A stretch of DNA of 64,000 nt from Candidatus Poribacteria bacterium (GCA_963663765.2 CAXXUA010000006.1:32001-96000); one strand, 5' to 3'; shown: positions 53,894-64,000, numbered from the stretch's first letter. Numbers and translations are program-made. Notes: a model not told the origin generated them from the sequence alone.

Positions 53894-54682
53894 ATGCTAC
53901 CCTTTAAGCTTGTTGAAGTAGATGAACCAATTTTGCATCTTCACATAGGAGATGTTGAGGTAGAGACTGAATTCTTTGTCAGTGAATTTGTTGGCACAAA
54001 CTCCCATCAAGAGGTTCTTGATTATCCTGGTTTGGATCGGATGGTTTTGCGCCGTGTACGGGAAGCAGCGTATAGAGCATTTACAGTATTTTTGAAAGAA
54101 TTTTCCGAACCCGCGCCATTTCTTCCCGTAGAACAGCTATCACAATATCCGAACTATCGTTTTTCTTTATTGGTGTCTGTCCCACGTTGGTACGAACTGC
54201 ATGAGATATTTCTAAATGCTCCCGACTCGCATAGGTTAGAACATGGTAATATGGTTTTTGAATATAACGGTTATGAAATTGAATTAAGAGCAAAGCACTT
54301 TATTACTGATACCTCAGCATTCTTAGTCTCATCAGAGAAATATACACTTTTTATCCGAAGTATTCAAGATACTGAAATCACCCGCTATAAGCGGAGTCAA
54401 TTCACCGATCTATCCGAATATACCCCTCCATCCTTTCATATAAATGCACAAGAGTTAAGTGAAACTATACTACATAACTTAGTAAACCGAGATAGTGCTT
54501 TATCCATAGAGCAACTGTTGATGTTTCCATCGTTAGACGACACAGAATCAGAATCGGATGAAAACCTTACTTGCTGCCCAGAATGTAAAGGTGAAGTTAG
54601 ACGTATAGACAAAAACTATTTTTGTTTGGAATGTGATTGGGATGATCTTCCAATATTAAAACGTTTTGCAAAAAGTAAATAA
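53894..54682 (+). CDS. Hypothetical protein with a C-terminal zinc ribbon
   Basis: CPECKG..YFCLECDW; GGAG RBS. Confidence 0.65.
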   Translation: MLPFKLVEVDEPILHLHIGDVEVETEFFVSEFVGTNSHQEVLDYPGLDRMVLRRVREAAYRAFTVFLKEFSEPAPFLPVEQLSQYPNYRFSLLVSVPRWYELHEIFLNAPDSHRLEHGNMVFEYNGYEIELRAKHFITDTSAFLVSSEKYTLFIRSIQDTEITRYKRSQFTDLSEYTPPSFHINAQELSETILHNLVNRDSALSIEQLLMFPSLDDTESESDENLTCCPECKGEVRRIDKNYFCLECDWDDLPILKRFAKSK

Positions 54683-54711
54683 CTGCATTGGTTGCGTACC
54701 CAGTTTTATCA

Positions 54712-55323
54712 CTAATTTGCTGGTGGCAAAAAATGGTAATAGAGTAGTGTGTTTGCAAGTGCCACCAGTATTCCAAAGATTGCTTGAAGGACTGTATGTC
54801 GTTTGCGGTAAATCCGCGCCCAAGCAATTAGGGGTATCAACAAAAAAAGCAACAGTAAGTATTTGTTAACAATCAATGACAGGACAATTATACAACCCGT
54901 TGCAACGCTTGTGTGGAAACTAATCTTCCAGAACGGTGTTATGATAGTAAAAACAATAGCGTTTATGATGAATGCTTGACACACCCAAATTACTGTATCA
55001 TTTGCATCAATCCAATTTAGCATGATTATACCTACAAACATGCTTAAGAAAGTAAAGCATAGTGGTATTAGTCGTTCCTCTTTTGTATGTAAATGTATAT
55101 TGCTAACCCTTGAAAACCGATATAGCAGGACTATACCTAAGATGGGTAGGATGGATACGAAAATCGCAACGATTGTTAGCCAAAGGAATAATTCCTGACT
55201 CGTATTTGCAAGTTTGCCAATAACGAATATTGCAGTAATTATTGGAACAATTAACGGACTAAAAACAATAGAAGTAACCAGAGCTATCCGTGCGGGAAAT
55301 ACCGATAAAGAATTATGTTCCAT
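54712..55323 (-). CDS. PAP2-like multi-pass membrane protein
   Basis: KISFHT and WARIYRKRHT..Q motifs; TAATG overlap with the upstream peroxiredoxin. Confidence 0.65.
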   Translation of the reverse strand: MEHNSLSVFPARIALVTSIVFSPLIVPIITAIFVIGKLANTSQELFLWLTIVAIFVSILPILGIVLLYRFSRVSNIHLHTKEERLIPLCFTFLSMFVGIIMLNWIDANDTVIWVCQAFIINAIVFTIITPFWKISFHTSVATGCIIVLSLIVNKYLLLLFLLIPLIAWARIYRKRHTVLQAIFGILVALANTLLYYHFLPPAN

Positions 55324-56342
55324 TAATTGCTTTTTGGTTTTTCAAGGTTCTTGACGATTTCTACTAAATCTGCCCCATGTGTACTGGGATTAACCTCTTT
55401 CACAATCTTCACGATCTTACCTTCTTTATCAATGACAATCGCCATTCGTTTTAGACGTTCATCATCCAGTTTCTTTACTGCACCGAATAGCAATGCAAGG
55501 TTCCTGTTGGTATCTAACAATAGTGGAAAGTTCAACTTATTTGCTTCTGTAAACTTCTGGTGAGATTCAGCATCATTATGTGTTATTCCAAAGACTTGCA
55601 CGTTATGCTTTTCAAAACTACTCGACTCATCACGGAGCGAGCAAACTTGTGCAGTTCAGCGATTACCAAAATCCCTTGGATAGAACGATAATACGACATT
55701 CTTCTTATCTTTGAATTTGCTGAGTTGGTGCTGTTTTTCTTCACTATCCATAACGATAAAATCTGGTGCAAATTGTCCAACTTTTATTTTAGGTAGGGCT
55801 TTCTTTAGAAGTTTAACGACATCTTCCCCGTGTGTCTTTACCTTAACTTTCTTGTCAATAGCGCGTATATATCCCGCCTTATCAATAACGAAGGTTGTAC
55901 GCTTTGAGGCATTGAACCTTTCCATGACACCGCTATACTGCTTGCTGACTTCAAATTCGGTATCTGCAAGGAGCGAAAAACCGAATTGTTGTTCCGTTTT
56001 GAACCTTTTGTGTGAATCAACTGAGTCAACACTGACGCCGAACAAGACAGTTTCGTTTTTTTCTATTTCGCTCAATTTATCCCGGAGCGATTTTAGTTCG
56101 GTCGTTCAACCACCCGTAAAGTCTTTGGGGTAAAATGCAAGGACGACGTTTTTCTTACCCAAAAATTCGTTAAGATTTCGTGCTGTGTCAGTTTCGTCTT
56201 TTAGTGTGAAATTCGGTGCAATCATGCCAACTTTGAGTTCTTTTGGTTTTTCCACTTCTTTCTCCGCTAATACTAATGGAATAATCAATGTTGCAATTAA
56301 CAGTACTATTCCAAAATGAATAATTGATGGTTTTTTTAGCAT
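55323..56342 (-). CDS. Exported tandem BCP/PrxQ-type peroxiredoxin with two predicted selenocysteines (339 aa)
   Basis: Single frame across TGA 56106-56108 (FYPKDFTGG-U-TTELK) and TGA 55656-55658 (FYPRDFGNR-U-TAQVC); both at the peroxidatic Cys position. Confidence 0.85.
55619..55643 (-). promoter_or_regulatory. SECIS-like hairpin 2
   Basis: UGCUCG-CUC-CGUGAU-GAG-U-CGAGUA with a bulged U, 12 nt 3' of UGA 55656. Confidence 0.7.
56068..56090 (-). promoter_or_regulatory. SECIS-like hairpin 1
   Basis: UCGCUC-CGGGAUAAAUU-GAGCGA, 15 nt 3' of UGA 56106. Confidence 0.65.
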
Positions 56343-56480
56343 CTATGAATACCTCACATTTAGGATGAATTACATAATGAAAAATTCTATTCGTTTTTTC
56401 ATGACCAAAACCAATAATAAGCGTTCATTATGTAAAGTATAATCTATTCTCATCTTGGTGTCAAGAAAACTCACTGGGAG

Positions 56481-56820
56481 CAGGATTATTCAGTTTTGAG
56501 AGTTTTCTGTTCTTGAGATTTACTGAAAGTTAATACACGGGTTCGGTTTCCTAACCGAACACTATCCATCAATTTTAGATTATTGAACCATGAACATCGC
56601 TCTTTAGTCCCGTAGGGACGATATGTTTATTCTTCTATGTCGTTCCTATGGAACTCAATTGGAGTGGAAAACATTTTCTATAAACATATCGTCCCTACCA
56701 AATCAACGCCGAATGCGCCTATGGCATTCGTCGGGACTAAAGAACTGGACAAGATGGTATCACATAAAATTAACGGCATAGCAATATATTATCAAATATA
56801 TTGAAAATTAAATAACCCTA
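56481..56820. mobile_element. ISAs1-derived MITE
   Basis: Degenerate TIRs; 9-bp TSD CACTGGGAG at 56472-56480 and 56821-56829. Confidence 0.82.
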
Positions 56821-57010
56821 CACTGGGAGTGTAAAGTTTTTTCATCTAATGACGTTTGACAATCAAAATCGGTAGTTGAATTCGTAGGGGTTGGGTTCTC
56901 CAACCCGTTTGGTTTTTGAGTTTGCGTAGATCATGTGTGGAAACCACACCCCTACGAATACACAACTTGAACGTCAAAACTCATTAGGTTGCAAAATTAA
57001 GAATATAATG

Positions 57011-57553
57011 TTGTCATTTCTCTTGTGGGAGGGGTTTTCAACCCCGATTATGCACTATTCCAATTGTGAAATCGGGGTTGAAAACCCCTCCCACAATAGT
57101 ACATTTCGGACAATTAAATACCTTACCCGTTTTCATTTGGAAATAACGCCTTTTTCTTGAAGCCAAACCTTCAAAGGTACGTCCGCGTCTTTCGGTAAAA
57201 AATGACCGTTTGCATTCGTGCCACCGCCAAGGAGTTGTTGCCGAATGGGGTCGTTTTGTTGGAATAATTCTGTTGGTATTGTCATTTCTCTTGTGGGAGG
57301 GGTTTTCAACCCCGATTATACGGTATTCCAATTGTGAAATCGGGGTTGAAAACCCCTCCCACAATAGTACATTTCGGACAATTAAATACCTTACCCGTTT
57401 TCATTTGGAAATAACGCCTTTTTCTTGAAGCCAAACCTTCAAAGGTACGTCCGTGTCTTTCGGTGAAAAATGACCGTTTGCATTCGTGCCACCGCCAAGG
57501 AGTTGTTGCCGAATGGGGTCGTTTTGTTGGAATAATTCTGTTGGTATTGTCAT
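57011..57553. repeat. 268-bp tandem duplication (3' end of the PhyH gene plus a REP doublet)
   Basis: 57011-57278 matches 57279-57546; TTGTCAT at all three junctions. Confidence 0.9.
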
Positions 57554-58264
57554 GTCGTCTTTACTACGCAACCATCGATATCCATATCCATAAAACAGTC
57601 CTTTGCGTGTGATGTCAGAGTCATTTTGGCTGCGTGCATGCCATATCCGTCTGTCAAAAAAGACTGCATCTCCAGGTTTGCAGCAAACTGCCGTTGCTCC
57701 ATCAGGAAGCGACCCGTCTTCAGCTCGTTTTAGTGTATCCCATAGATGGCTTCCGGGAATTACATAGAAGTTCCCTCGTCCTTCCTGTGCACAGTCAGAA
57801 AGCCAGTAGACAACTTTGAGTGACAAACGCGGTCGCGGGGTACTTTCTATTTCTATGTTGACACGACCACTATCCTGATGCCAACCGAGTGATGAAGTTT
57901 TCCCACGCATTGATTCTGGACGTGGTGGTGTGATGATAAAATGACTATGATATGAGTATATATTCCATCCCAAAATACCCCATACCTTTGGAAAAGTCTT
58001 ATACCAATCCAAGACATTTATAAATAACTGGTCTTTACCCAGAAAATTTGGATAGAAAAAATTGTCGTGTCGTGTCATCCGTTGTTTTCTGTAGGGGTCA
58101 TATTCAGCATCCAGATGCATTTTATAGATAGCATCAATACGTTGCTCTAACTGAACAACAAGCTCTAATGGGAGTGCGTCTTCAACGAGTAAATAACCAT
58201 CTGTATTTAACGCAGATAGTTGTTCGTCAGTGATTTGATGTTGCAGATGACGTTCATCAAGCAT
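57401..58264 (-). CDS. Phytanoyl-CoA dioxygenase (PhyH) family protein
   Basis: DGYLLVEDAL, WHQD, VIPGSH, PGDAVFFDRRIWHARSQN. Confidence 0.88.
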   Translation of the reverse strand: MLDERHLQHQITDEQLSALNTDGYLLVEDALPLELVVQLEQRIDAIYKMHLDAEYDPYRKQRMTRHDNFFYPNFLGKDQLFINVLDWYKTFPKVWGILGWNIYSYHSHFIITPPRPESMRGKTSSLGWHQDSGRVNIEIESTPRPRLSLKVVYWLSDCAQEGRGNFYVIPGSHLWDTLKRAEDGSLPDGATAVCCKPGDAVFFDRRIWHARSQNDSDITRKGLFYGYGYRWLRSKDDMTIPTELFQQNDPIRQQLLGGGTNANGHFSPKDTDVPLKVWLQEKGVISK

Positions 58265-58287
58265 TTACAATTTCTCCCTACAATCAA

Positions 58288-59238
58288 CTAAGGTAGTTCA
58301 CCTTCTATTTTGTCGACAAGATGAATTGAATGGATGGCATCCCGAAGGTCAGAGTTAGGAATTTTATTGTTCTTTACGCAATCAATGAAATGCTGATGCA
58401 TTGTAAGGACACCCTCATAACTTGCAGTATCCCGTTGGTCTTCTCCATCAACTTCCCAACCTCCCATGACACTCCTATTGTTATCCTCGTAAATCTCAAT
58501 TTGTTCAGGAATCTTCATGTAACACCCGATTCCGACGCCGTGCAATTCAGAACGTAGCACACGTCCGCCTGATGCGCGATTTCCAAATACTACACCAGTG
58601 GCATTGTTGTCAAAACGGACAAATGCCGTATAAAAGTTGCGTACTTCTGAGCTAAAATTGTCACGATGAGCAGTAACTTCAGTCGGTTCACCACCCGCCA
58701 TATATCGAAGTAGGTCAACGACGTGACAGACATCATTCCAAAGCGTTGTCGTAAATTCTGATTTGCCGCCGAGTATCTGTTTGTTGAACGTTGTGACTGC
58801 TAATGAGACAGGACCTTTTTCAGTGACCCGTTGCATTGCTTCTCGTGTCACAGCTGCATATCTCCGCTGAAATCCGACCATACAGTAGACATCGTTGGCG
58901 ATTGCAGCATCCAGTAATTGTTGTGTTTCATCGCTATTTGCCCCGGGTGGTTTTTCAATGAAGAGGTGTTTTCCAGCGTTGAGACAGTCAAGTGCTGGTT
59001 GCAAAATCCACTTTTCATTCATGACACAATAGACAACATCTAAATCCACTGTATCCAACATTTTCCGGTGATCGGTGAAAGTATGTGGAAACTCATATTT
59101 CTGTGCAACCTGTGCAAGTCTACCTTCATCAAGTTCACATGCAGATAACATTTGGACATCATCTTCAAGACGGTTGACGTTTGGATAGTGTGCTCCCTGA
59201 CTGCGTCCGCCAGCACCGATAAATCCTGCTTTTAGCAT
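58288..59238 (-). CDS. Gfo/Idh/MocA family oxidoreductase
   Basis: GFIGAG, GKHLFIEKP, VGFQRRY, DVCHVVD. Confidence 0.88.
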   Translation of the reverse strand: MLKAGFIGAGGRSQGAHYPNVNRLEDDVQMLSACELDEGRLAQVAQKYEFPHTFTDHRKMLDTVDLDVVYCVMNEKWILQPALDCLNAGKHLFIEKPPGANSDETQQLLDAAIANDVYCMVGFQRRYAAVTREAMQRVTEKGPVSLAVTTFNKQILGGKSEFTTTLWNDVCHVVDLLRYMAGGEPTEVTAHRDNFSSEVRNFYTAFVRFDNNATGVVFGNRASGGRVLRSELHGVGIGCYMKIPEQIEIYEDNNRSVMGGWEVDGEDQRDTASYEGVLTMHQHFIDCVKNNKIPNSDLRDAIHSIHLVDKIEGELP

Positions 59239-59427
59239 TGTGGTGTTACTCCTGATATTTCAAAATACTATCGTGTATTTTATAATAGCATTCGATATAT
59301 TGCAAGTAGAATTGTCAAACATAACGAATTGACATAAAAACCTATTTGTGATAGAATCCCATCATAGCAAGGGGAGTGGGGATGTTTTATCTAATGAATT
59401 ATGTAACCTACAAATGCTTTTGGAAAG

Positions 59428-60597
59428 GTGGTGAAAATGAAAGACACAAATAACAATAAGAACAAGCAAAATGAAGAAGCACTTACAAATGCGGAAAACA
59501 GTGTCGCTGATACGAAACCCGATGCGACTACCTCTATAGAAACATCTATTCAAAACCAGTTCAATGAACTAAAAAGCGAGTATTTAAACACACGATCTAA
59601 TTTCGTTAATCGGTTGTTAGTCTTTATATGCATCGTTCTGGTGTTTTTTACAATTGCAATTCCAGCAATAACTGCTATAGCAGCGTATTTTGTTTATTTT
59701 AAATTTGAGGAAGCACAAACCCAAATGCAAAACAATCTGAATGAAGCGAAAAACTTTGCTATAACAGCTGAAACGAGTGCCAATGAAGCTGCACAGTCTC
59801 TCAAAGTCATTAAGGAACATCAAGTAAAAATAAAAGAAATCGTATCAAAACTAACAAGTAAAGACTTTAGTAATCCCAATAAAGCCACAATTCTTAACAC
59901 AACCCTTCAAGAAATTATACAGAATCCTGAATTAACTCTTGAAGACAAGGCTACTCTTGAAGCGTATAGTCTGCAGCATCAGGGTAAAAATACAGAGGCA
60001 ATTGAGAAATGGAAATCAATAGCTGACACTGCAAAAGGCAAGAATAATGACTTGGTGGCACGCGCGTTTTTCTCTATAGGTTATCTTCATAATGAACAGA
60101 ATGAAAAGGATCAGGCACTCTCCGCTTATGACCAAGCTATTGAACTCATGCCAACTTTTGCTGATGCATATATGAGTCGGGGTATATTGAATAGCGCAAT
60201 TGAAAAAAATGAGGAAGCAATTGCTGATCATAGCGAAGCGATTCGACTAAAACCTGATTACGCTGAGGCATTCCTCTATCGTGGAATTGCAAAACTCGCT
60301 CTGAAAAAACATGAGGACGCGATTTTTGATTTTGACGAAGCGATCCGACTCAATCCGAATTCTGCACTTGTTTATGTACAAAGGGGTGTTTCTAAAAGCG
60401 CGCTGGGTCAGCATAAGGATGCAGTCGGTGACTATGACGAAGCGATCCGACTCAGTCCAAAGTTCGCTGAGGCATATATGAATCGTAGTGCAGCGAACCG
60501 TGCATTAAATCAGATGGATGCTGCACAGATGGATTTGGACAAAGCATTGGAACTTGCGAAGGAACAGGAGGACGAGACAAAGGTTGATGGTGAGTGA
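59428..60597 (+). CDS. Membrane-anchored TPR protein
   Basis: N-terminal TM segment and coiled coil, then ~5 TPRs (AIRLxPxxAEAY..RG). Confidence 0.85.
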   Translation: MVKMKDTNNNKNKQNEEALTNAENSVADTKPDATTSIETSIQNQFNELKSEYLNTRSNFVNRLLVFICIVLVFFTIAIPAITAIAAYFVYFKFEEAQTQMQNNLNEAKNFAITAETSANEAAQSLKVIKEHQVKIKEIVSKLTSKDFSNPNKATILNTTLQEIIQNPELTLEDKATLEAYSLQHQGKNTEAIEKWKSIADTAKGKNNDLVARAFFSIGYLHNEQNEKDQALSAYDQAIELMPTFADAYMSRGILNSAIEKNEEAIADHSEAIRLKPDYAEAFLYRGIAKLALKKHEDAIFDFDEAIRLNPNSALVYVQRGVSKSALGQHKDAVGDYDEAIRLSPKFAEAYMNRSAANRALNQMDAAQMDLDKALELAKEQEDETKVDGE

Positions 60598-60646
60598 AAT
60601 CCTAATTAAGAAAATTATTTTGTGTAAGAAATTAGGTGGCGTATAA

Positions 60647-63265
60647 ATGGATACTAAACAATTGAATGAAGGCGATCAACAAACGTCTGAGATCGTACAG
60701 AAGGTGGAATCTGAACAAACAGAAGATTCTCCTGATAATACGACAGATGAAGATGTTTCCATTGATAAACGAAAAATTCTTGAACGCATTTGGAAATTTT
60801 GTCTTCAACATCCTTTAGCTGCTGCTACATGCGTTGGTGTAGTTCTTGGCGGTATTGGTACACTTCTTCTTGGTATTGCTGCAATTCGTCCTGACAGCTC
60901 AAATTTGAGCTTAAAAGGTGAAGATATCGTCAAGTTTATTCAAGCTGTAAAATCTGATGAAACGTCACAAATTGAAAAATCACTGCAGAAGGTTGAGGAA
61001 AGTACTAAGGCTTCTATTATGGACAAGGCGGTGGTAGAAGCCTTCAGGTTGCAACAAGATGGGAGAATTGATGAGTCCATTGAAAAATGGCTTTCTATTG
61101 TAAATGTTGTAGAAGGAACCAAAAAAGATTTAACCGCAGCTTCTTGGTTCTTTCTTGGTAATCTCTATTCAGAAAAGGATGAAAGAGAACAGGCTCTATC
61201 AGCTTACGATAAGGCTGTTGCCTTAAAGCCAGAATTTGCTAAAGTTTATGTGTTTCGAGGTAGTGTATATGATTCACTTGGCAATTATGAAGAAGCAATT
61301 GCTAACTTTAATACTGCAATTGAACTGAAACCTGATTATTTTATTACTTACTTGACTCGAGGAAATACTCTGAGTAACCTTGGTAAACATCAAGAAGGTG
61401 TAGTTGATTGCAACAAAGCAATTGAAATAAAACCTGATTTTGCTTTTGCTTATGTGGTTCGTGGAAACGTTATGAATAATTATGGTAAGTATGAAGAAGC
61501 CATTGTTGATTGCAACAAAGCAATTAAAATAAAACCTGACTCTTCGTCTGCTTATCTGATTCGTGGTAATGCCTTGAACGCTCTTAGTAAACATAAGGAA
61601 GCAATTGCTGATTACAATAAAGCAATTGAATTGAAGAGTGATTCTGTTAATGCTTATCTGTTTCGTGGAATAGTCCTGAAGAATCTTGGCAAATATGAAG
61701 AAGTGATAGCAGGTTGCAACAAAATTATAGAAATAAGACCAGATTTCGCTCCTGCCTACTTTATCAGAGGTAATGTGTTTAGTACTCTTAATAGGCACCA
61801 AGAGGCGATTGCTGACTATGATAAAGTTATTAATCTTGAACCTGAATTTGTTGAAGTGTATTTAAATCGAGGAAATGTCCTGAAGAATCTTGGTAAACAT
61901 AAAGAAGCAATTACTGACTACGACAAATTGATAAGTCTAAAACCTAATTATGCTGTGGCATATACAAATCGAGGAACGGTAAAAGATGATTTGGGTAAAC
62001 ATGTAGAGGCAATTGAAGATCATAATATAGCATTAAATCTAAAACCCGATTAAGCTGTAGCCTACACAAACCGTGGAAATTCCTATGAGAAACTTGGTGT
62101 ATTTGTGAATGCACTTGCTGATCATCATAAAGCAATTAGTCTTAATCCTGAGATAGCTGCGTTTTATTATAATCGAGCTATTGTATTGGGAAAACTAAAA
62201 AAGTATAAGGAATCAATTGTTAACTATGATCAGGCCATAAGACTCAATCCCGATTTTGCTTTTGCTTACCTAAACCGAGGTAATATAAAGAGTTTTCTTG
62301 GAGAACATAAAAATGCGATCACTGATTATGATAAGGCAATTAATCTAAAGCCCGATTTTGCTGATGCATACCTAAACCGAGGTAGTATTAAGAGTTTTCT
62401 TGGAAAACATGAGGAAGCAATTATTGACTTTGATAAAGCTATAGATTTGGATCCTGAATCAGCTGAAGCGTATGCAAATAGAGGCACTGTGCAGAGTAAG
62501 TTAGAGAAATATAAAGTAGCTATTAAGGATTTGGACAAAGCGATTAATCTAAAACCGGATTATGCCTTAGCCTATGCTAATAGGGGGATAACGAAGAATG
62601 CACTTGGAAAATATAAAGAGGCGATTATAGATTATGACAATGCAATTAGTTTAAAACAGGATTTTGATCAAGTTATCTTGAATCAGGGGATAACCCTAGC
62701 CGACGTATACTACAATCGTGGTTTTGCAAAGGATGCAATTAAAGAATATGAAGAAGCAATCCGAGATTTTGACGAAGCTCTCACACTAGATCCTAATTTA
62801 ATTGTAGCATTGGTAAAAAGGGGTCATACGAAAAAGGTTCTTGGGAGATATGAAGAAGCAATCAAAGATTACGATAAAGCCATAAATTTGAAATCAGATT
62901 TTGAAGGGTTTTACAAAGATCAAAACGTAACGCTTGCATGGGTTTACTACAGTCGGGGAATTTCCAAAGATGCAATTAAGCAACATGAAGCAGCGATCAA
63001 AGATTATGATGATGCTATTAGACTTAAACCGGATGATTTTCAAATCCACTTTAAACGAGGCAATGCAAAAAGCAAACTTGGTCAATATAGAAGTGCAATT
63101 GATGACTATAATGAAACGATAAAGTTAAAACCAGATGCTGCGATTGCTTATTTTAATCGTGGAATTACAAAGGAAGATATAGGTCAGTATGATCAGGCAA
63201 TTACCGATTATAGTGAGGCAATTCGTCTTAAACCAGACGCAATCAAATATTATACTAGTAGATAG
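60647..63265 (+). pseudogene. Large membrane-anchored TPR protein, broken by an in-frame TAA and truncated by IS630
   Basis: ORFs 60647-62053 and 62105-63265 share a frame; KPD-TAA(62051)-AVAYTNRG; ends mid-repeat at the IS. Confidence 0.8.
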
Positions 63266-64000
63266 TCCATTCTAATTGTTCGGGTATAGATGTTTTAATC
63301 GTACGCGTGCATCGTCCGTTGTAAATTGCCAGTTTACCTGCTTTTGCTCTGCATTTCGCCGTTTTTGCCAGGCTTGTGTCTCTCTATGGAGTGTCTCTAT
63401 ATCTGGGATACGCCGACACAAACATTGACGCGTAAGGACACTCAGTTCTATTTCCGCTATATTCAACCAACTTCCATGTACTGGCGTATGCACGATTTCT
63501 AAACGCTTACGCAACCTATTTGCTTCCTCATCTCCAAACACTTTATTGAGCGTCGAAAGTTTGTGTATATTCAGGTTGTCACAAACTAAAATCACACTTT
63601 TTGCTGATGAGTAGTCCTGATCCAATAGTATTTTTACTTCTTCTGCCCAATCCTCTGCCTTTCTGCGCGTCCGAACAGACACACGCCTCCATCCCGATAA
63701 TGCTTCTGTGAATAGGAAGATATTTGCCGTGCCTTTGCGTTTATACTCATTATCTACACGCTTGACTTGCCCCGGTTTCACAGGATGCGGATCCCGAACA
63801 TCATCCCTAAGCGTGACAGATTGTTCGTCCATGTTCACAACAGGTATTTCTGTATCTAAAGGTTTCTGGTAAAGATCAAGCACTTCTTCCATCGACTTTA
63901 CAAACTCAGCATCTTTTTCAGGGGGAATCACCCACTGTTGCTGAAGGTGCGGCTTCAAAGCGTTTTTTTTAGTGTCTGTCTTACCGTTTCTGGAGAAATG
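63255..64000 (-). mobile_element. IS630-family element (partial)
   Basis: Adjoins a TA inside the TPR gene; A8 run at 63963-63970 joins ORF A (ETVRQTLKK) to ORF B (NALKPH); boundary approximate. Confidence 0.8.
63272..63958 (-). CDS. IS630-family transposase, DDE part
   Basis: VNMDEQ, VCDNLNIH, HTPVHGSWLNIAEIE, VNWQFT..DAR.RL..LYP. Confidence 0.88.
   Translation of the reverse strand: MKPHLQQQWVIPPEKDAEFVKSMEEVLDLYQKPLDTEIPVVNMDEQSVTLRDDVRDPHPVKPGQVKRVDNEYKRKGTANIFLFTEALSGWRRVSVRTRRKAEDWAEEVKILLDQDYSSAKSVILVCDNLNIHKLSTLNKVFGDEEANRLRKRLEIVHTPVHGSWLNIAEIELSVLTRQCLCRRIPDIETLHRETQAWQKRRNAEQKQVNWQFTTDDARVRLKHLYPNN

Noticed and set aside
1-64000. Genome-wide reassignment of TGA to an amino acid
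   Set aside because: TGA terminates many intact genes (e.g. 1833, 4627, 8976, 24586), and Trp is encoded by TGG
1-64000. tRNA (including tRNA-Sec), rRNA or riboswitch
   Set aside because: No cloverleaf or known RNA motif recognised by eye; a covariance-model scan would be needed to exclude them

Overview
A repeat-dense bacterial window that, by inference, resembles a Candidatus Poribacteria-type sponge symbiont. The basis is many eukaryote-like WD40, TPR, cadherin and LRR proteins, a PhyH dioxygenase and a C-terminal GKLxxxWxxLK motif. The first ~30 kb is an accessory region: eight WD40 genes (mostly lipoproteins), five copies of a small heptad-variable membrane protein, a DUF4258/YgiT-type toxin-antitoxin-like pair, an S55 peptidase and an AAA ATPase with a putative nuclease. 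These sit among several REP families, MITEs and nested ~35-bp hairpin modules. 30.7-43 kb holds ordinary genes (ThuA-like, SDR, dienelactone hydrolase, ECF sigma/anti-sigma/RseB-like, CotH, DUF4956, Fe3+ ABC with a Fur-like box). 43-47 kb is a stack of ISAs1, ISKra4 and MITE insertions. The rest contains a GIY-YIG/ABC-ATPase/TOPRIM-like trio, an RND pump, oxidoreductases and TPR genes cut by an IS630. The strongest hidden signal is at 55323-56342: three apparent ORF fragments form one exported tandem peroxiredoxin with two in-frame UGA codons at both catalytic positions, each followed by a SECIS-like hairpin (a predicted double selenoprotein). Other highlights are WD40 repeats that vary almost only at binding-face positions, a MITE that duplicates whole REP hairpins as 18-19 bp target duplications, and self-nesting micro-hairpin insertions. 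Family names come from recognising motifs by eye; no searches were run.
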